Assembly (NCBI GenBank): GCA_965237785.1
Contig: OZ250159.1
Span: 2,232,695-2,296,694, forward strand
DNA from: Candidatus Rariloculaceae bacterium
Lineage (GTDB): Bacteria > Pseudomonadota > Gammaproteobacteria > Steroidobacterales > Rariloculaceae
DNA: 64,000 nt
Direction: 5' to 3'
The translations under genes were made by a program, and so were the position numbers. Every line of letters starts with the position of its first letter. Position 1 is the stretch's first letter. Shown here piece by piece: positions 63,113-64,000 of this stretch. The notes under the pieces were generated by a model that was not told the DNA's origin, did no database searches, and saw only the letters and a program-made list of their open reading frames with translations.

Positions 63113-63913
63113 CTACTCCAGGTAGCCGAGGTTCGTGGCGAACTGCACAAGATGGTCGCTGACCGAGATCTTGGCGTCGCCCTCCTGAAATCCATGCCCT
63201 ACAGCGGGCATCAGGACAAGCGTCGAATCGACCCCGGCGCTGACCAGGGCGTCGTGATACGCCGAGGATTCGCCAGGCAGCACGACCGTGTCGGCATCGC
63301 CCTGGATGATGAGCGTCGGCGGAGCGCGACGATTCACCTTCAATCTGGGTTCGTAGTCCGCAATGTCCGCCGCGGGCGGCAGATACTCGCCGGCGGTCTC
63401 TGCGGTGGCCGCATAGGGCGCCATCAATGCGAGGGCGTTGGGGCGCGAACTCGCCCGCGTGTAGTCGTCCGCTTCATCGAAGCCGGTGAGCATGGCCGTG
63501 GATGCGGCCAGGTGTCCGCCGGCTGAATGCCCGAGGGCGATGATCCTGCCGGGATGGATTCCCAGGCGGCGTGCGCGCTCGCGGGTCCAACGAACCGCGG
63601 AGGCCGCATCCTTGATGATCTCGTCGAGAGTCGCGGCGTCGGTAAACCGATACTCCGCCGCGAGCGTCACTACGCCGTTTTCCGCCAGCACCTCGGCATA
63701 GGTAAGCACCGACTCGGGGGAGCCACGGCGCCAGCCACCGCCGTGGAAGAAGACGACGGCCGGCGCTCGCGCGCTGTCGGAGTGCCCATCGGGACTTACG
63801 ATGTGCATCTGCAGTTCGCGATCTCCTGCCGTCTTGTAGATGGCGGTGGCGTGTTCGGCGGCACCCGCGGTCAACGCGAAGATACAAGCCGTTACAACAA
63901 TCAGTGCTCTCAT
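63113..63913 (-). CDS. Secreted alpha/beta hydrolase (esterase)
   Basis: HGGGW, GHSAGG, G..D..V, GHG. Confidence 0.9.
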   Translation of the reverse strand: MRALIVVTACIFALTAGAAEHATAIYKTAGDRELQMHIVSPDGHSDSARAPAVVFFHGGGWRRGSPESVLTYAEVLAENGVVTLAAEYRFTDAATLDEIIKDAASAVRWTRERARRLGIHPGRIIALGHSAGGHLAASTAMLTGFDEADDYTRASSRPNALALMAPYAATAETAGEYLPPAADIADYEPRLKVNRRAPPTLIIQGDADTVVLPGESSAYHDALVSAGVDSTLVLMPAVGHGFQEGDAKISVSDHLVQFATNLGYLE

Positions 63914-64000
63914 AGCGATTCCTCTGACGCGACGTATCGATTGTACCTCGCGCATCCGTCCAGTCCCGCTACTCATTTCTCGATTGACGCTTCGTGCTCA

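Overview
The window has an accessory region of about 49 kb (1-48.9 kb) followed by core-like gammaproteobacterial genes: DUF2237, pilQPONM, mrcA, an S8 protease, a sulfatase, DUF6152 and a hydrolase. The accessory part is a mosaic of mostly intact sugar-catabolism genes (xylB-xylA-galM, MFS, TonB receptor, two ThuA-DUF1080 fusions, Gfo/Idh/MocA, PQQ dehydrogenase). These are joined by heavily trimmed IS remnants (ISL3, IS256, IS630, IS481, IS91, IS1634, IS66, IS21), two RIT elements and two tRNA-Arg 3' att-like fragments. The strongest signal is that the 42.8 kb segment 1867-44665 is circularly permuted. A pRiA4b ORF-3 gene and an IS21 end are split between its two ends, with a matching GCATCC target duplication. 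The break falls at a RIT terminus, at a 20-bp palindromic module with 6-bp spacers, and the second RIT element has a module of the same design. I infer that the RIT recombinases integrated a whole circular island. All family calls come from recognising motifs by eye; no searches were run.
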